Below are positions 27,294 through 41,757 of a stretch of DNA of 64,000 nt, one piece after another. Under the pieces are notes generated by a model that was given only the letters and a program-made list of their open reading frames with translations, ran no database searches and had not been told where the DNA came from. This stretch comes from the human T2T-CHM13v2.0 reference genome, Homo sapiens. Location: NCBI RefSeq assembly GCF_009914755.1, contig NC_060933.1; one strand, given 5' to 3'. The position numbers and the translations under genes were made by a program. Within the stretch, counting starts at the first letter, position 1. Each line of letters begins with the position of its first letter.

Positions 27294-28207
27294 GTCTAGA
27301 ATTAAAAAGTTCAAAATGAGAAAATATCCAGGAAGTTTTCTTGCTTCCAGCCCCACTCTCCACTAGACAGAGCAGATGCCTGATTTTTATTTCCTTTCAC
27401 GTAACTCAGAAAATATCTGCCGGTGGTAGTGCAGTGCTTTAGTGTGAGTAGGGTGCTAGTCATGACTACTTTTATAATGACGCTTGCAAAGTGGACTAAA
27501 AGCTAAGGCTCTGTCTGATTTTATACCCTGCTGTTCTTCAGCAGCCAGCATAGTGCCTAACAAGTCACAGGATTTAATAAATTTGTAATAAAGAAAGGCC
27601 ATTCATGTACATGCAAATTCTTACCTCAGAACTACTGGGGGAAAATCGATCTCAAATGGCTTCAAATATTGAAACCTGTGTTGGCACTTTTAGTTGAATG
27701 ATTTGATTAAAAATGGAAAAAGAAGAGGAAGGAAGGAAGGGACGGAGAAAAGGAGGGAGAAAGAAAGGTGATTTTTCTTAAAAGTTTCACAGAGTCAGGT
27801 ATGTTTTAATTCATTGATGAGAACTGAGTATTTATGACACAAGTACTGTACATATAATATTTAATCTGAAACTGAAGCAAATCTCTCTGAGGTAGGGTTA
27901 GGGTTACCCATTGTAGAGATAAGAATACATTTTCAGAGGTAAAATGAAATGGCTCGCCCCAAATTAACAATCCATACAAACACAAATTTAGACATTCTTA
28001 CTCCAAATCTGTTTTTCTCACCAACATAACAGACCTATATGAATGTTAAGTGAAAGGAGATGAAGGAAAAATGGGAGAAGCAAGTTGAAGGATACAAACT
28101 GTCAACATGAAGTATTAATTTAATATGAATTTCAAGATAATTTAGGAATAGTATAAGACAGACAGGGAGCTTTCCAGATTTCAAGGAAAATTAAATTCTC
28201 TTTTGCA

Positions 28208-28489
28208 GGCTGGGTGTGGTGGCTCGTGCCTGTAATTCCCACACTTTGGGAGGCCAAGGCTGTCAGATCACTTGAGGTCAGGAGTTCGAGACCAGCCTAG
28301 CCAACATGGTGAAACCCCATCTCTACCAAAAAATACAAAAGTTAGCCAGGTGTACATCTGTAGTCCCAGCTACTTGGGAGGCTGAAGCAGGAGAATCGCT
28401 TGAATCTGAGAAGCAGAGGTTGCACTGAGCCGAGATTGGGCCACTTCACTACAACATGGGCGACAGAGTGAGACTCTGTCTCAAAAAAA
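28208..28489 (+). mobile_element. AluSz-like
   Basis: gatcacttgaggtcaggagttcgag; TSD aaattct(c/a)ttttgca 28193-28207 / 28487-28501. Confidence 0.95.
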
Positions 28490-30067
28490 TTCTATTTTGC
28501 AGAAGCAATAACAAAGTCCACTGTAGATGCTTAGTCAATTCTCCTGCTTAATTTGTGTGTATTCGTTTGTCATCTATGTTAATAATTTATTACTTTGCTC
28601 TGATGAGAGAGCTAGAGATCAATGAATCAATTTGAACTACTTGATGGGATTTTTCTCTAAAAAGTAACTACATTTCTATAGCAGTAGAACTTCACAGTGT
28701 TTTCTCTTCTTCTCTGTAAGGTGGGGCTGGAGGGTGAGGTAACGATAAAGTGTAACACAAACTGTATTTTAACAAATAACACTTAAATTGCTTTGCACAA
28801 TTGTTGAATAGCTGAATTCTTCCTATTTTTTCTAATAAAGACTAATAGGAGACAGTGGTAGAGAGAGAGAGCTTTCCAAGAAAGGTTAGAATGGTTTCAA
28901 TATGTGAAGCCATTTGAGATCAGTTCTTCCCCAATAGTTCTGAAGTATGAATTTGCATGTATGTGACTGACTTTCCTTTATTACAAATTCATTAAATTCT
29001 ATGACTTGTTAGGTACTATGCTAGGTGCTGAGAAACAGCAGGGTATAACAGAGGTTAGAGAAGTTAGAGAAAAAGTGTATGTTAGAGAGAGGGGAGTAAC
29101 CAAAACCTATATTTTACAACATATGTTTTTTTTAAGTGGCACATCAATGTATTCAAGAAAGTTGGATACTCTTCAACAACTGCTTCAAAAATATAAGAAA
29201 CTAATATTTGTATATTTGCATTTAACATGGGATTTCCTTTGGTTAGTTTTCCCACTTATATTGTTTCTCACAGATTTGCCTTCTAAAATTTTAATCATTA
29301 GTCAACTCTCATTATGATACTGTATAAATGTAGGCTTTAGCTGACACTATTTCTTAATTTTTCTCCTTCCTGTGGCCCCTGTTTGGTCTCTCCAGTCACT
29401 TCACCCATAACACATGTGTGATAACTCCTGCGTCCATGGCCCACTCTGAGGAATCTTTCATGCTCTAGTTTTGCTCTTACAGGGGCTTATTCCATATCCT
29501 ACCAGCAGCTCAAAATCAGCATATCCAAAAACACAATCAATTCCCAGGTTCCCTTTTTTGTTCCCCCTTTCTGCTGGCATCTTTGATATCTCCCCATACA
29601 TCTTTCAGAATCCATTCTGATGATTTCTCAATTGCTACATCTCTTTCACTTCTTAGCTTGCCATTGGTATCCAGGATCTGCACACAGCTGCTACACAGAG
29701 TTCCTAGAACAGCTCAAATCCTTTCACTCCCCTTGGCAAAAGCTTTATTATTCCAAAGATATTTCAGATTAAAAAACTCTTAATGACAGAAAGTAACTAA
29801 AAAATACTATTTTCTTTAGAAATATTGAAAGAAACAGACATTCCCAATTCCAACCTCCTTCTTAGTAATCTTAAGAGGCAAGTGCTAATGACTATTTATT
29901 AACTATCTCCTCAGGTTTTTCCATGATTATGTAATCTCAATACTCTATGAAATTTCTATACATTTTTATAGGAATAAAATCATTATATATACTGATTTGA
30001 TGTACATCAAATATATCATAATACATATTTATATATAATGATTTTATTTCTATAAAATATACATAGT

Positions 30068-30498
<431 letters not shown>

Positions 30499-30661
30499 TT
30501 AGGTATTTATTTAGTTACTTAACTTTAATTATATATCACTATGATAAACCACCTAAAATGCCACTTCCTTTATTTCAGGACTGTTTTCTTCATTCTTTTA
30601 ATAGCAAGTGTGTCTTCTTCCATAGGCCAGAAAACTCTCTTTGAATCTTTATTACTGCATA

Positions 30662-31360
30662 TGTAACAGGATGCTGATTGTAATTTGGGGATATTTTTAG
30701 ACTTGTGGCTAAGACCTATAGCTGAGAAATTAAATGCACAAAATACTTCACTTTAAAATTCCAAGACCCACCAGCCCTGAGGGACAGCCTATTCTGCACC
30801 AGAATTACTGAGGAGTGACAGATCAGATAACTTGATCTAACAGATACCAACAACAAACCACTTGTTGCTGTCTCTATCCCTATGCCCGTGGATGGAAGAG
30901 GGTAAGGAGAGAGGAAAATGTCTTTTGGGGAAAGGAATAGGCTCTTTCCCTTCTGAATTCAAACCGCTAGAGACAGGTGATTAAAAAGAATTACCCAAAA
31001 CTACACTGACAGCTTACAAGAAGGAAAAACCAGCACTGTATCTCACCAGTGGATGTCTGCTTAAGCAGTGATCTGGCTTGTTATGTAGCAAGAGAGTAGG
31101 GGAAATGAGAGTGGGTGAGATTAGACAAAGTGAAAAACTTCCAGGAAGGAAAAGGTTAAGACAGCAGCCTCCCTTTATTTCCAGCTTTTGGAAAGTAAGG
31201 AAGATTGGTGCCCTGTGTATCCCTGGATCTGAGAGTTACTCTAGGAGGAGGACACAGGTTTTCTGGGACCACCACAAGAAAAAGGATTATATGGAAACAC
31301 ATGCATTAGGGGAGATGTGCCAGCACAAGTTCAGCCAGAAGTACTGGCCAGGTCTTTTAC
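30662..31360. mobile_element. Possible ancient solo LTR, family unassigned
   Basis: About 700-bp block bounded by TGTAACAG and CTTTTACA (TG...CA with short inverted termini); no TSD confirmed. Confidence 0.25.
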
Positions 31361-32389
31361 AGGACTTACAAATGCTGAAGCTTGCTGAGTGAAGATAAGC
31401 TCTTCTTAATGGGGATAGGTTGGAGGTTGCCACCATTTTCATTTAGGTCATAGACAACATACCAGGTGTTGGTTTTATATAGCAAAGAAAAAGAATTGAT
31501 CTTTTCCAGTTACCTAAGAAGAGACCTGCTCTTTTCCTGATTTCCCCTCTCATTAACCTAAAGGAGAAGGCAGGGAGAGGATGGTTTCTAAGATCCAACC
31601 AATGTCCCACTTTTCCTACACCTTCTACTTCGAGTCCCTGAAGGTACAGCACTAGCCTGAAGTGACGGAAGGGGAGGAAAGGAGATAACAATTGACCTTG
31701 AAATTGTAAACTGAACTAGAATTAGGCTTAAATACTTGAATAAGAAATGTTTATTAACCAAAATTGGTGACAATTTATGAAATTTGAGTAAAATGCCATT
31801 TAAAAGAGCTGATGAAAAAGAGGAGAGTCAGTATACAAAATCCGGGAGGAAAATAGTGACTGGAAGATAAATGTATTCCCCTCTTATATTCCAAATAGTG
31901 GACACTTTTCAATAAATTGATTTTATAATATTCACATATTAAATTTTATTACATTTATTTACATAAATGTCTGGTGCCACAAATAAGATTGTAAACTTCT
32001 TCGGGTCAGGAATTAGATAGTAAGCAATATTTCCCAGGACGTAGAATGTACTTATATGTAAAAGATGTTCAATAAATATTTGTCAATTAAAACATAAGGA
32101 ATTAAATTGTAGTACATTAGAAAACAAAAAGGATAAAATACAGGAATAATGGATGCGAAGTATATAAATCCCTTTCATTTTCAATGCCTTTAATGAAAGG
32201 GGCTGTCAACTATAAAGAGGTAGGCATGACTCTGTCATTTAAAAACAATAAAGACTGTATAAAATATGAAGAGCAGAGCATTTGTAATCACATAGACAAG
32301 GATTTAATCCTCAGTTCTGCTACTCCTTAGCTGTGTGGTCCTTAGACAAGCAGCTGTGGTACTCCTTAGACAAGTATCTCATTCATAAG

Positions 32390-32424
<35 letters not shown>

Positions 32425-32452
32425 AAAGAGAAAGAAAAAAAAAAAAGAAAGA
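32390..32452. repeat. (TAAA)9 plus A-rich tract after a truncated MIR
   Basis: Directly visible. Confidence 0.9.
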
Positions 32453-33269
32453 GTGAGCTCTGGGTGGAGTATAGACTCTAATGTTACTCCTAGGTATAAA
32501 ATTCTACAAATTGTGAAAATATGCAGCAAGATACAGCTGAAGGAACGATTACATCATAGTCCTTATAATCTACATCAATAGTTTCTTTTGGCATGCACAT
32601 TCAGCCACAAGTTATTCTTTCAAATGTTAAATTTGACTCATTTGGGTAAAAGCAAGCTGCAAGTTTTCTTGGTTCACTGAGTTTTTGAAGCAGCACTCTT
32701 TATTCAAAGTATAGGGCCTTTTTTTCTTGTTTTCTAAACATAGTCTGTAAGATTCAGCAGGTTTCAGAGTTGTATTACAAGAGAAAATACAAGTCAAGTA
32801 GGTTCAGCCTAATCCCTCACCCAGCGCAGACACAAGCAATGTCAGGTAACATAGGGAAAGGAGCAAGTTGCCCTCTCTATATTCTAAGTGCATCTTCTCC
32901 TGTCAGTGTTGATGATATTGGACACAGCAAAGCATAAAAACAACCACCTAAAATTAGTAGGGAGCGTTATCCTACGATGGAAAAATAATCAGAGCCTCAT
33001 TTACACCACAAGAACAAATAACCCAATTCAGCCACTTGCCGGGCAGTTATTTTAATTATTAGAAAATATAAGTAATTGGAAAAGATAAATCATTACATGT
33101 CAATAAAGAATTAGTGCTGATACTAATTCTCTCTAAGAAGCTCACCAGGTGATATAAAAAGTAAGGTTTATAATGGAAAAAGGGTTTAACAATAAAGTGA
33201 ATTTCTCAAATCATGGCAAATCATTCCAATGCAAAAGATACTAGGAACAAAATAGCATGACAGAAAAGA

Positions 33270-33795
33270 GTTAATATGTCCACATGAAAACTTGTATGTG
33301 TACATTCATAGCAGCGTTATTCACAATAGCCACAAAGTGGAAACAATCCAAGTGTCCATGAACTGGTGAATGGATAAACTGTTGACTATCTGTATGATGG
33401 ACTATTACACAACCATCAGAAGTGATAAAGTATGAATACAGTCCATGTTACAACATGGATAAACCTTGAAAACATTACACTAAGGAAACAAAATCAGACA
33501 ATAGGCTGTATATAAATGATTCATGTAAATGTTTCCATTTACATGAAATGTCCAGAATAGGCAAATCTTTACAAGTAGAAAGAAGACTATTGATAGCCAG
33601 AGTTGGGGAGGAGAGAATGGAAAGTGACTTTTGATGGTTGTTTTTGTAGGGAAGGAGTATTAAAAATGTTTCCAAGTTAGGTAGTGGTGATGATTGTACA
33701 ATCTTGTAAATATATTAAAAACAACTATATTGTTCACTTGCAAATGGTGCACTTGGTATGTGAATTTTTTCTAAACAAATCATACTTTTTAAAGT
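33270..33795 (+). mobile_element. L1MB/L1ME 3' end
   Basis: ttcatagcagcgttattcacaatagccacaaagtggaaacaatccaagtgtcca...gtccagaataggcaaatc. Confidence 0.85.
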
Positions 33796-34212
33796 AAAAC
33801 AAAAGAGAGAAAGTTAAACAAAAAAGGAGAGATAATTCAAATGTTGGTTTGCTTCATTTTTCTGCTTCTACACACCTTTTATGTAGGACATAAACCCTGA
33901 CCTCAAGAATTTTACCAGGTGGTTCAACAGGATGCCTGACAAACTATAAAATAAATGGGACAGTTACATAGGTATAAATATAGATAAAGATAAAAATGTG
34001 GCACTATGGGAACTAAGAATGGTTTGGAAGACTTCCCAGAGGATGTGATTTTGAGCAAGTGTTAATGAACAAGGAAGAATTGTTAGGTTTGAATGAAGAG
34101 AGAGATTTCATGGAGAAGGAGTAGTAAGATCTAAGAAACAGAGTGCCCTTGGGAAACATTATAGCCAAATGGGAAGGTATGAGACAAAAAGATGAAATTA
34201 GAAAGAATAGCT

Positions 34213-34520
<308 letters not shown>

Positions 34521-36879
34521 GAAAAGTTATGGTCAGTGGGTAGGGAAATTCAAGATAACACTTGCTGAGGAATTTGAAGTGTATTTTATAGATTGTAGGG
34601 AGTCACCAAATATCAAAGAATTCAAAGGACTTCCAAAATCTAGGCATGTTTTCAAAATAACACATATATTAATGCCTTGCATTGCCACTGCATATAGAAT
34701 TTAGATGTAAGGTTAAAAGTGATTATAGCAGATATTATTTCTTTATAGCTATCATAAGCAAGGAGTCTGATTCTCTCTCAGTGAGAGATATTTCTAGCTC
34801 ACTCCCTCAGCTCAGTCTGGTTAATCTTATTATTCATGTTCGAAGGAAAGTAATAATTAAAAATATTTTCTAAAGGTTGTAGGTTATCCCATATATGTAT
34901 AGTTATAGGGTAAGGCTCAATGAAGGTAGAACAGGAGGAAAGCTACACTAATCGCAAACATATTTTTTAAGGTAAAATCATCTGCTTAAAATTTAGAAAG
35001 TTTTTGAAGACTATTTCAAAATAATGTGTTGTCTTTTCCAGTGCAAATCATTAACATAAATAGATTGTATATTCATGCAGTATATCTTGCCCAAAAAACC
35101 GCCTGTATGTAAATCACCAAGTTCAAATTAGAAGTCTATGTGATTAACTTTTCCCCTTTATGATACTGCTGTCAAGGGTGGGAGAAAAACATGTTATCTG
35201 AATATAAATCTTTATGATATAGACAGCACATATCAGATCTTAATTCTTTTTATTTTTTACTTAAAAATGGTATATAATACCAGAGAGTAATATGTTCATC
35301 TTGACAAAAGCAGCTTCAATTGTGTGGTCAAAAATTCTACATCATCATAAAGGGATGATGCTCCTTACCAAATTAACATATGCCAAAACTCTGTTCAAAT
35401 ATGGGTGTATCAAAAACGTTGGTGGATATACTGAAATTACTATAAACATTAAAGTACCTAAAAACACCTAATGTGGAGTCTGGTAAATAATAGCTCATCA
35501 ATAAATGTTAATTTTATTTGTTTTCCTGATTTCTCACAAGAAATGATATGGGGAAGAAGTGGTCATTGTTAATATTAATTGCAATGCTAGAAATATCAGT
35601 GCAACTAGAAGACTGAAGCAATAAATGAGAGCAATGGCAAATATAATTTATACAATCCATGAGACTGTGTGTTTGTTTCTGCTATTGGTAATTCAACAAT
35701 AAATTTGCTGATTATTTAAAATTCACATAATTGTTTCTACCATAAGAGGAAGGAAATAAATGCTTGATCATATCTTTACCAGGTAAAATTCTTGTTCTCT
35801 AATACAACCACCAAAATATGAACACAAAATAAAATATCTTTCTCAGCAGGTTCTATCTTGTCAAAAGATAAATCCAAGAAGCAGTCAATTCTTAAAGCTC
35901 AAAAATCATGATATCTTATTTGAGTAGATTTCTGTGCATACTACATATATATTTTAATTTGAATGTGTATAGAGTTAAGTGTATAATATAACATCCCACT
36001 GTGTTAATGGGAACTCTAAGTACCAATTCCCACAGAGCAGGGATTACAAGTTACTTTTATGTTGAGTACTTGTGCTATTTTGAATGTTAGCTACATTGTA
36101 GAATAACCAGCCAGAGAGGTAAGTCATATGTGTAAAGCTGTAGGAGGCAAAGAAAAGATTTAAGATAAAATAAGGATATGTGAAACACAAATGAAAGGAT
36201 GGATTAGATGTTCAACAATATATTGAGTGAATGGTATTTAAAGTTTGAGCAAAAGGACATATCCTTACTATTTTTTAATGGATTAGACCATTAGAGATAC
36301 AGTGTCCATCTATGGCTAAGAAGGACATCTGTAGCCACACAAACTGGAATAAGCCTATAAAGCTTCTTTTTCTTTCCTTTTTAAGATATAAGATCATCAA
36401 CAGAAAATAAAGAAACCCCCTTATGTCTGAGGGATGTATGCTTTCAAAGTACATTGAGAGCATACTGTGTGTTACTTTTTGGCCTTCCAGCAATTTGCTA
36501 GTGGAAGAGTCTGCTAAATGATTAAATCCCGTATGTCCAACTTAGAAGCTTTTTGGTTCAGGGTAGGTAGCATATTCCTCTCGCACCAAGTGGCTCCCGA
36601 ACTTTATTGTAAGGTCTAGTGCTTCCTATAGAAACAGCTTCTGGCTGGACACTCAATGATTTCACATGGACCAAGAGTGATTGGTCACTCAGTTTCATTC
36701 AATTCTGGGGACTGTGATGAGCTGTGTGGGTTATGCTTTTACAGCTGAAGAAAGCCATTGCTCAGATTTTGGAACCATTGACAGATTTAAGGAACTCAAA
36801 TGCAGTACTCCTGTAACCTGTCAGCCTTGTTGTCATTCTTTTCAGATACTCTGTTACTTCTTATTGTAGAGTCTCAACA

Positions 36880-37540
36880 TGGTTCATTTCCCTGGACTAC
36901 CAGTTACTTCAGCGAGCCTGAAACCCAGAAGTCATTGTCAACACCACCTACTTCCTTGCTTCCTAAAACACTCATGCAAACCATCTCAAATCTTGTCAAG
37001 TTTTCCTTCTAAATAAATGTCATATCAATCTACTTCTCTACATTTTCACTACCAACACCTAAGTCAAAGTATCACCATCCTTCACCTGGAAAAATTATTC
37101 TCTCCCAGTGTTCATTTTAAGTCCCATTCACAGCAGAAAAAAATGATATTGCAATGACTCTCCATTGTTCTTAGGAAAAAGATACAAAACTCTTCACTGA
37201 TATATGTAAGGCTTTCTCCAGCTTCATCTAAATGCAAAGACCCATCTTTGCACTCTCAGTCAAAGCCCCACCACACTTTTTCAGGTTCTTCATTTGCTCA
37301 ATTTTCTCCAGCTTACAGGATATTTTTCACGTGTTCTTCTCCTGACCTGAAACACTTTTTTGCCCACTCCTCACTCATTCAAACCCTACTTATTAACTTT
37401 CATTTCTCCTTAAGCCTCCTCAGGAAAGTCTTTCCCGACACTGTATTTCCATGGTACAGACTTTTAAACAATGTCTAGGACTTTTTGCATAGTTTGCATT
37501 TGTAATTTTACATTTGTTTCTTTGATTTATTGAGTAATGA
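36880..37540 (+). mobile_element. L2 fragment
   Basis: Pyrimidine-rich; tcaccatccttcacctgga, gcaatgactctccattg, ctcctcaggaaagtctttccc. Confidence 0.65.
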
Positions 37541-37966
37541 CTGTAGTAGACATTTTGGTTGATTTTCAACATCCACATAATATTAGATAATTACTTTAGA
37601 TCAAACATAGGAATTCCTTCACCTTTCTCCAATGACAGATTCAAACATATAGATATAGATGTAGATACAGTTATATAGATATTGATATAGATATACACAT
37701 ACACAGAGCCTCAACTTGGTCAATGAGATATAAGAAGAAATCTGATGAGGGAATTCTGAGAATCTTATCACCACATCTATGATAGACACTAAAGGAGAAA
37801 CAGTCTTCTTTTTCCTCTGGATATTTTGTGTTTGGGTATAGTCTCTGAAAGTATAGAAGACAGATTGTCACCAGCTTGTGGATGACCCAACAACAAAAGT
37901 GGCAGAATAGAGAGAAAGATTTCAATATATTTAGTTATGTCACTGAGCCATTTAATTATTTAACAT
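37541..37966 (+). mobile_element. Old MLT1-type LTR, 5' part (3' part about 40290-40395)
   Basis: MLT1-like motifs on both sides of the MST-type provirus. Confidence 0.45.
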
Positions 37967-40289
37967 TGTGTCAGTCTCTTTATCCTGCTATAACAGAATA
38001 TCAAATATGAGGTAAATTATAAACATAAATTTGTTTCTCATAGTCTTGGAGGCTGGGAAGCCTAAGATCAATGTGCCAACAATTTCAGCATCTGGTAAGG
38101 GGGGCGAGTCTCTGCTTCCAAGGTGCACCTTGAAGCTTGTATCCTCCAGAGTTGGGGAATGGTGTGTCCTCACATGGTAGAAGCAGAAGTGAAAAAATAA
38201 TCGAACTCCCTACATTAAACCCTTTTTAATGGAATTCATTTATTCACAAAGATAACACTCTCATGATGTAAATATCTCCCAAAGGGCCCCACCTCCCAAA
38301 ACTATTACAGTATGGATTAAGTTTCCAACACATGAATTGTGGGGGACATTGAGATCATAGCACTCCACCCCAGAACCCCCAAATTTATGTCATTTTCACA
38401 CACAAAATACCTTCATTTCACCCTGATAGCCCCCAAAGTCTTAATTCACTCTAGCATAAACTCAATAGTCTGAAGTCCAGAGTTTCATTTAAATATCAAA
38501 TATGGGTGAGATTCGTATCGGGGCAACTTGCTCTCCAGCTGTGAGGCTGTGAAATCAAACAAGTTATGTACTTCCAAAATATGATGGTAAAACAAGCATA
38601 GAATATACATTCCAATTCCAAAAGGGAGCAATAGAAAAGAAGGAAGGAGTAATGGGTCACATGTAATTCCAAAACTCAGCAGCATAAATAGCATTCTTCA
38701 AACTTGAACTTAATCTTCCTTTACTCATTTACACACCTTCCTGGTACACTGGGGTGGATGTGGTTCCCCTAATGCCTTGGGCAGCTCCCCGCATATGGCT
38801 TTTCTGGGTGCAGACCATGCTTTAGCTCTCATACATTGAAATGCATGCCTGAGGCCTTTCCAGGCTGCTACTGCATGCTGGTGGCTCTATAGTTCTGGGG
38901 TCTTTGGAATGGCCCTGCTCCCATGGCTCCTTAGGCATTGCCCTATTGAGAACTCTCTGTGGTAGCCCAGATCCCACAGTTCTGCTCGGCATTGCCCTAG
39001 TGGGGCACTGTGTGGCAGTTCCACCCCTGCAGTAGGTCTCGACCTGGCACTGAGACTCTCTGAGGCATCTTCTAAAATCTAGTGGAAGGAAGCCATGCCT
39101 TCACAGATCTATACTCTGTGAGCCTACAGACTTAGCATCATGTGAACATCACCAAGGTTACAGCTCATGCCTTAGGTCCCTGGCCCTCACCCCAAAGGCC
39201 CTGGCATTCTGGGCCTGTATAGGAGGGAATACCTCAAAGTTCTTCAAAATGTCTTTGGGGTCATTATCCCATTGTCTTGATAAATAATATCAGGCTGCCT
39301 TCTATCCATACTAATATCCATATCAAACCTGTGATTTTTTCCTCTCAAAATACTGCTTTATTCTTTACTTGGCCAGGCTGAAAATTTCCCAAATCTTCAT
39401 ATTTTGCTTCTCTTTTAATTATGAATTGCATCTTGAAATCATTTCTCTCTTTTCACATTTTACTACAAGCAGTCCAAAGAAGCCACACAGCATTCTGAAC
39501 GCTGCTGCTAGAGACTTCTTCTGCCAAATATCCTGGTTCATCACTCTTAAGTTCTGCCTTCCACAAAGTCCTAGGGCATGGATATAATTCATCAAAGTTC
39601 TTTGCCACTTTATAACTAGAATGACCATTTCTCCAGTTTTAAATATCCTTGTTCCTCGTTTCTGTGTAAAACCTCATCAGAAAAGTCTTCACTGACATGA
39701 TCACTTAAGTAATGTCTAAGAAGACTGAGGGTTTTCCTATACCCCTTCTTTTCTTCTGAGCCCTCACCTGAATCACCCTAATGCTCCATTCATAGCAAAG
39801 TAGACTTCTTCCAGTATTCATATCAAAACTCTTCCAGCCTCTATCCATTACCTAGTGCCGAAACCACTTCTATATATTTAGGTATTTGTTAAGGCAACAG
39901 GCCACTTCTCTGGTATCAACTTCTGTCTTAGTGTGTTTGTGCTACTATAACAGATTACCGCAAACTAACTTATAACCAATAGACAGTCCTCACAGTTCTA
40001 GAGGCTGGCAGATTTGGTGTCTGGTGAGGGTCTGGTCCTGGCTTCCGAGATGTTGCTATGAATGCTGCATCCTCCAAAGGGGAGTAATGCTATGTCTTCA
40101 CAGAGCAGAAGGTGAAGGAGTAGAAAGAACAAAACTCTCTCCTTCAAACTCTTTCATAATGGCACAAACCCATGCCACTCTGCCCTCATCACCAAAACAC
40201 CTCCCAAAAGGCCCCACCTCCCAATACTGTTGCATTCGGAATTAAATTTCCAACACATACATTTTGGAGGACTAATTCAAACCATAGCA
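37967..40289 (-). mobile_element. Full-length MaLR provirus (MSTD/MLT1A-like): LTR 37967-38362, internal about 38363-39923, LTR about 39924-40289
   Basis: Two similar LTRs (ctataacaga...gaggctgg...ccacctccca...tttccaacacat...catagca) around a ~1.55-kb MST-int-like region. Confidence 0.85.
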
Positions 40290-41219
40290 AATCTCGAATC
40301 CTTTCCAACATCTGTATTTACAGTTTTATGAGTTAATAATTATTAAATCACTTTGATTTGGGGTCTGCAAGCAACAGCAGCTTAACTTATTGTGTTAATA
40401 TTATTTATCTCAGTCTTAGATCCTAAGCTCCATGAAAGTAGACTCTAGGATTGTTTCTACTCATCATTTTAGTGCTAGCATCTAGTTTAGTGCCTACATT
40501 TTATAGTTTGTGTTTATTAAATATTTACTGAGTGAACGGACAGATGAATACCAAACATTTTCTGAAAAACTCCTTGGGATATTCATTGTTTCCCTTTTAG
40601 CTTTGGATTATTCTTATTATCCATGTGGCCAGTTGCTTCTGTTTCTCAAAAGGCATAGTTTCACTCTGGCCATTTTCCTATTAGCAGGCTATGTTTATCT
40701 CAATACCTCCAAAATACGACATTTAGTACTAGGCAAAATTGTTCAGCTATTCTCTTGCCAGGTAGATAACAGTTATATTGTTTCTCTCATTCTATAAAGA
40801 TCAATGATTTTATAAATAAAATTGTATATGAGACTTATTCTGAAGCTTTTTAAAAACATAAATACCTTTGAGGTCCTCCAAAATTATGGGTGATAGATCT
40901 GGTATCGTTGATACACAGGCATATTTACATTTTGGTGCCCTATCAGGTAATTCTCATGTGTTTTCAAGTATTATATCCATTGTTCCATATACTAAATCTC
41001 TGTTGACTTTGCTTAGGTTTGTATTAACTCTTTGGTGATCTTATTATCTCTAAGCTAAATTTATTATAGCTTAGAGAAAGAACATTATTTCTTCAAAATG
41101 AAGAGATTATAGGAAAAGAAAATACAGGCTTTGTTCTGTAGAGTATGAGGAATTAATTATTACTTGATGATAGAAACACCTAAGAAGGTAAACTTTGTTA
41201 GACTGTAAGGACAAAGATA

Positions 41220-41757
41220 TTCCAATAATTTGTTTCCTCTTTCCTTGGTAACTGAACCTTGATTTCATCTTAGAGACCCATACCGAAACTTTCAGCCCAT
41301 GTGGGATGAGTAGACCTTGATCAAACCTTGATTCAAGAGCAGATATGTGGTGTTGGGCAAAATAAATCAGAGTACCCCATTCTTCTCACCAGAAGTGATG
41401 ATCTCAGTGGCATGCATGTGATCTAAATATGGCCAATGAGGTGCAATGTGATTTTTGCTTGGAATGCTTAAACAGTGACTGGCACTCTTTCCGAGGAACA
41501 GTTTTTGAAGCTGAGCCAATGTAAGATCCTAAGGCTGGTGTAGTCATTTTATGCATTTAGGGAGAGACCCTGTGTGAAAGCAATGAAGCAGAACTGAGAG
41601 AGGAACAAGGGCCTGTTGACATTGTTTTCTTATCTCTATATTCTGCCCTGCCAGAAGCCTCTGCACTTTTCATTTAGTTGAGGCAATAAATCACTATTTC
41701 ATTCAAGACAGGTTAGATCAGGTTTTCTGTCACTTGGAACAGAATCATAACTGATAA
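41220..41757 (+). mobile_element. MLT1J/K-like LTR
   Basis: ggccaatgag...gaggcaataaat...ggttttctgtcacttggaacagaatcataactgata. Confidence 0.65.

Noticed and set aside
41047-41077. 11-bp perfect hairpin (also a 9-bp one at about 41882-41908)
   Set aside because: Short AT-rich stems of this size can arise by chance or slippage, and there is no RNA-gene context.
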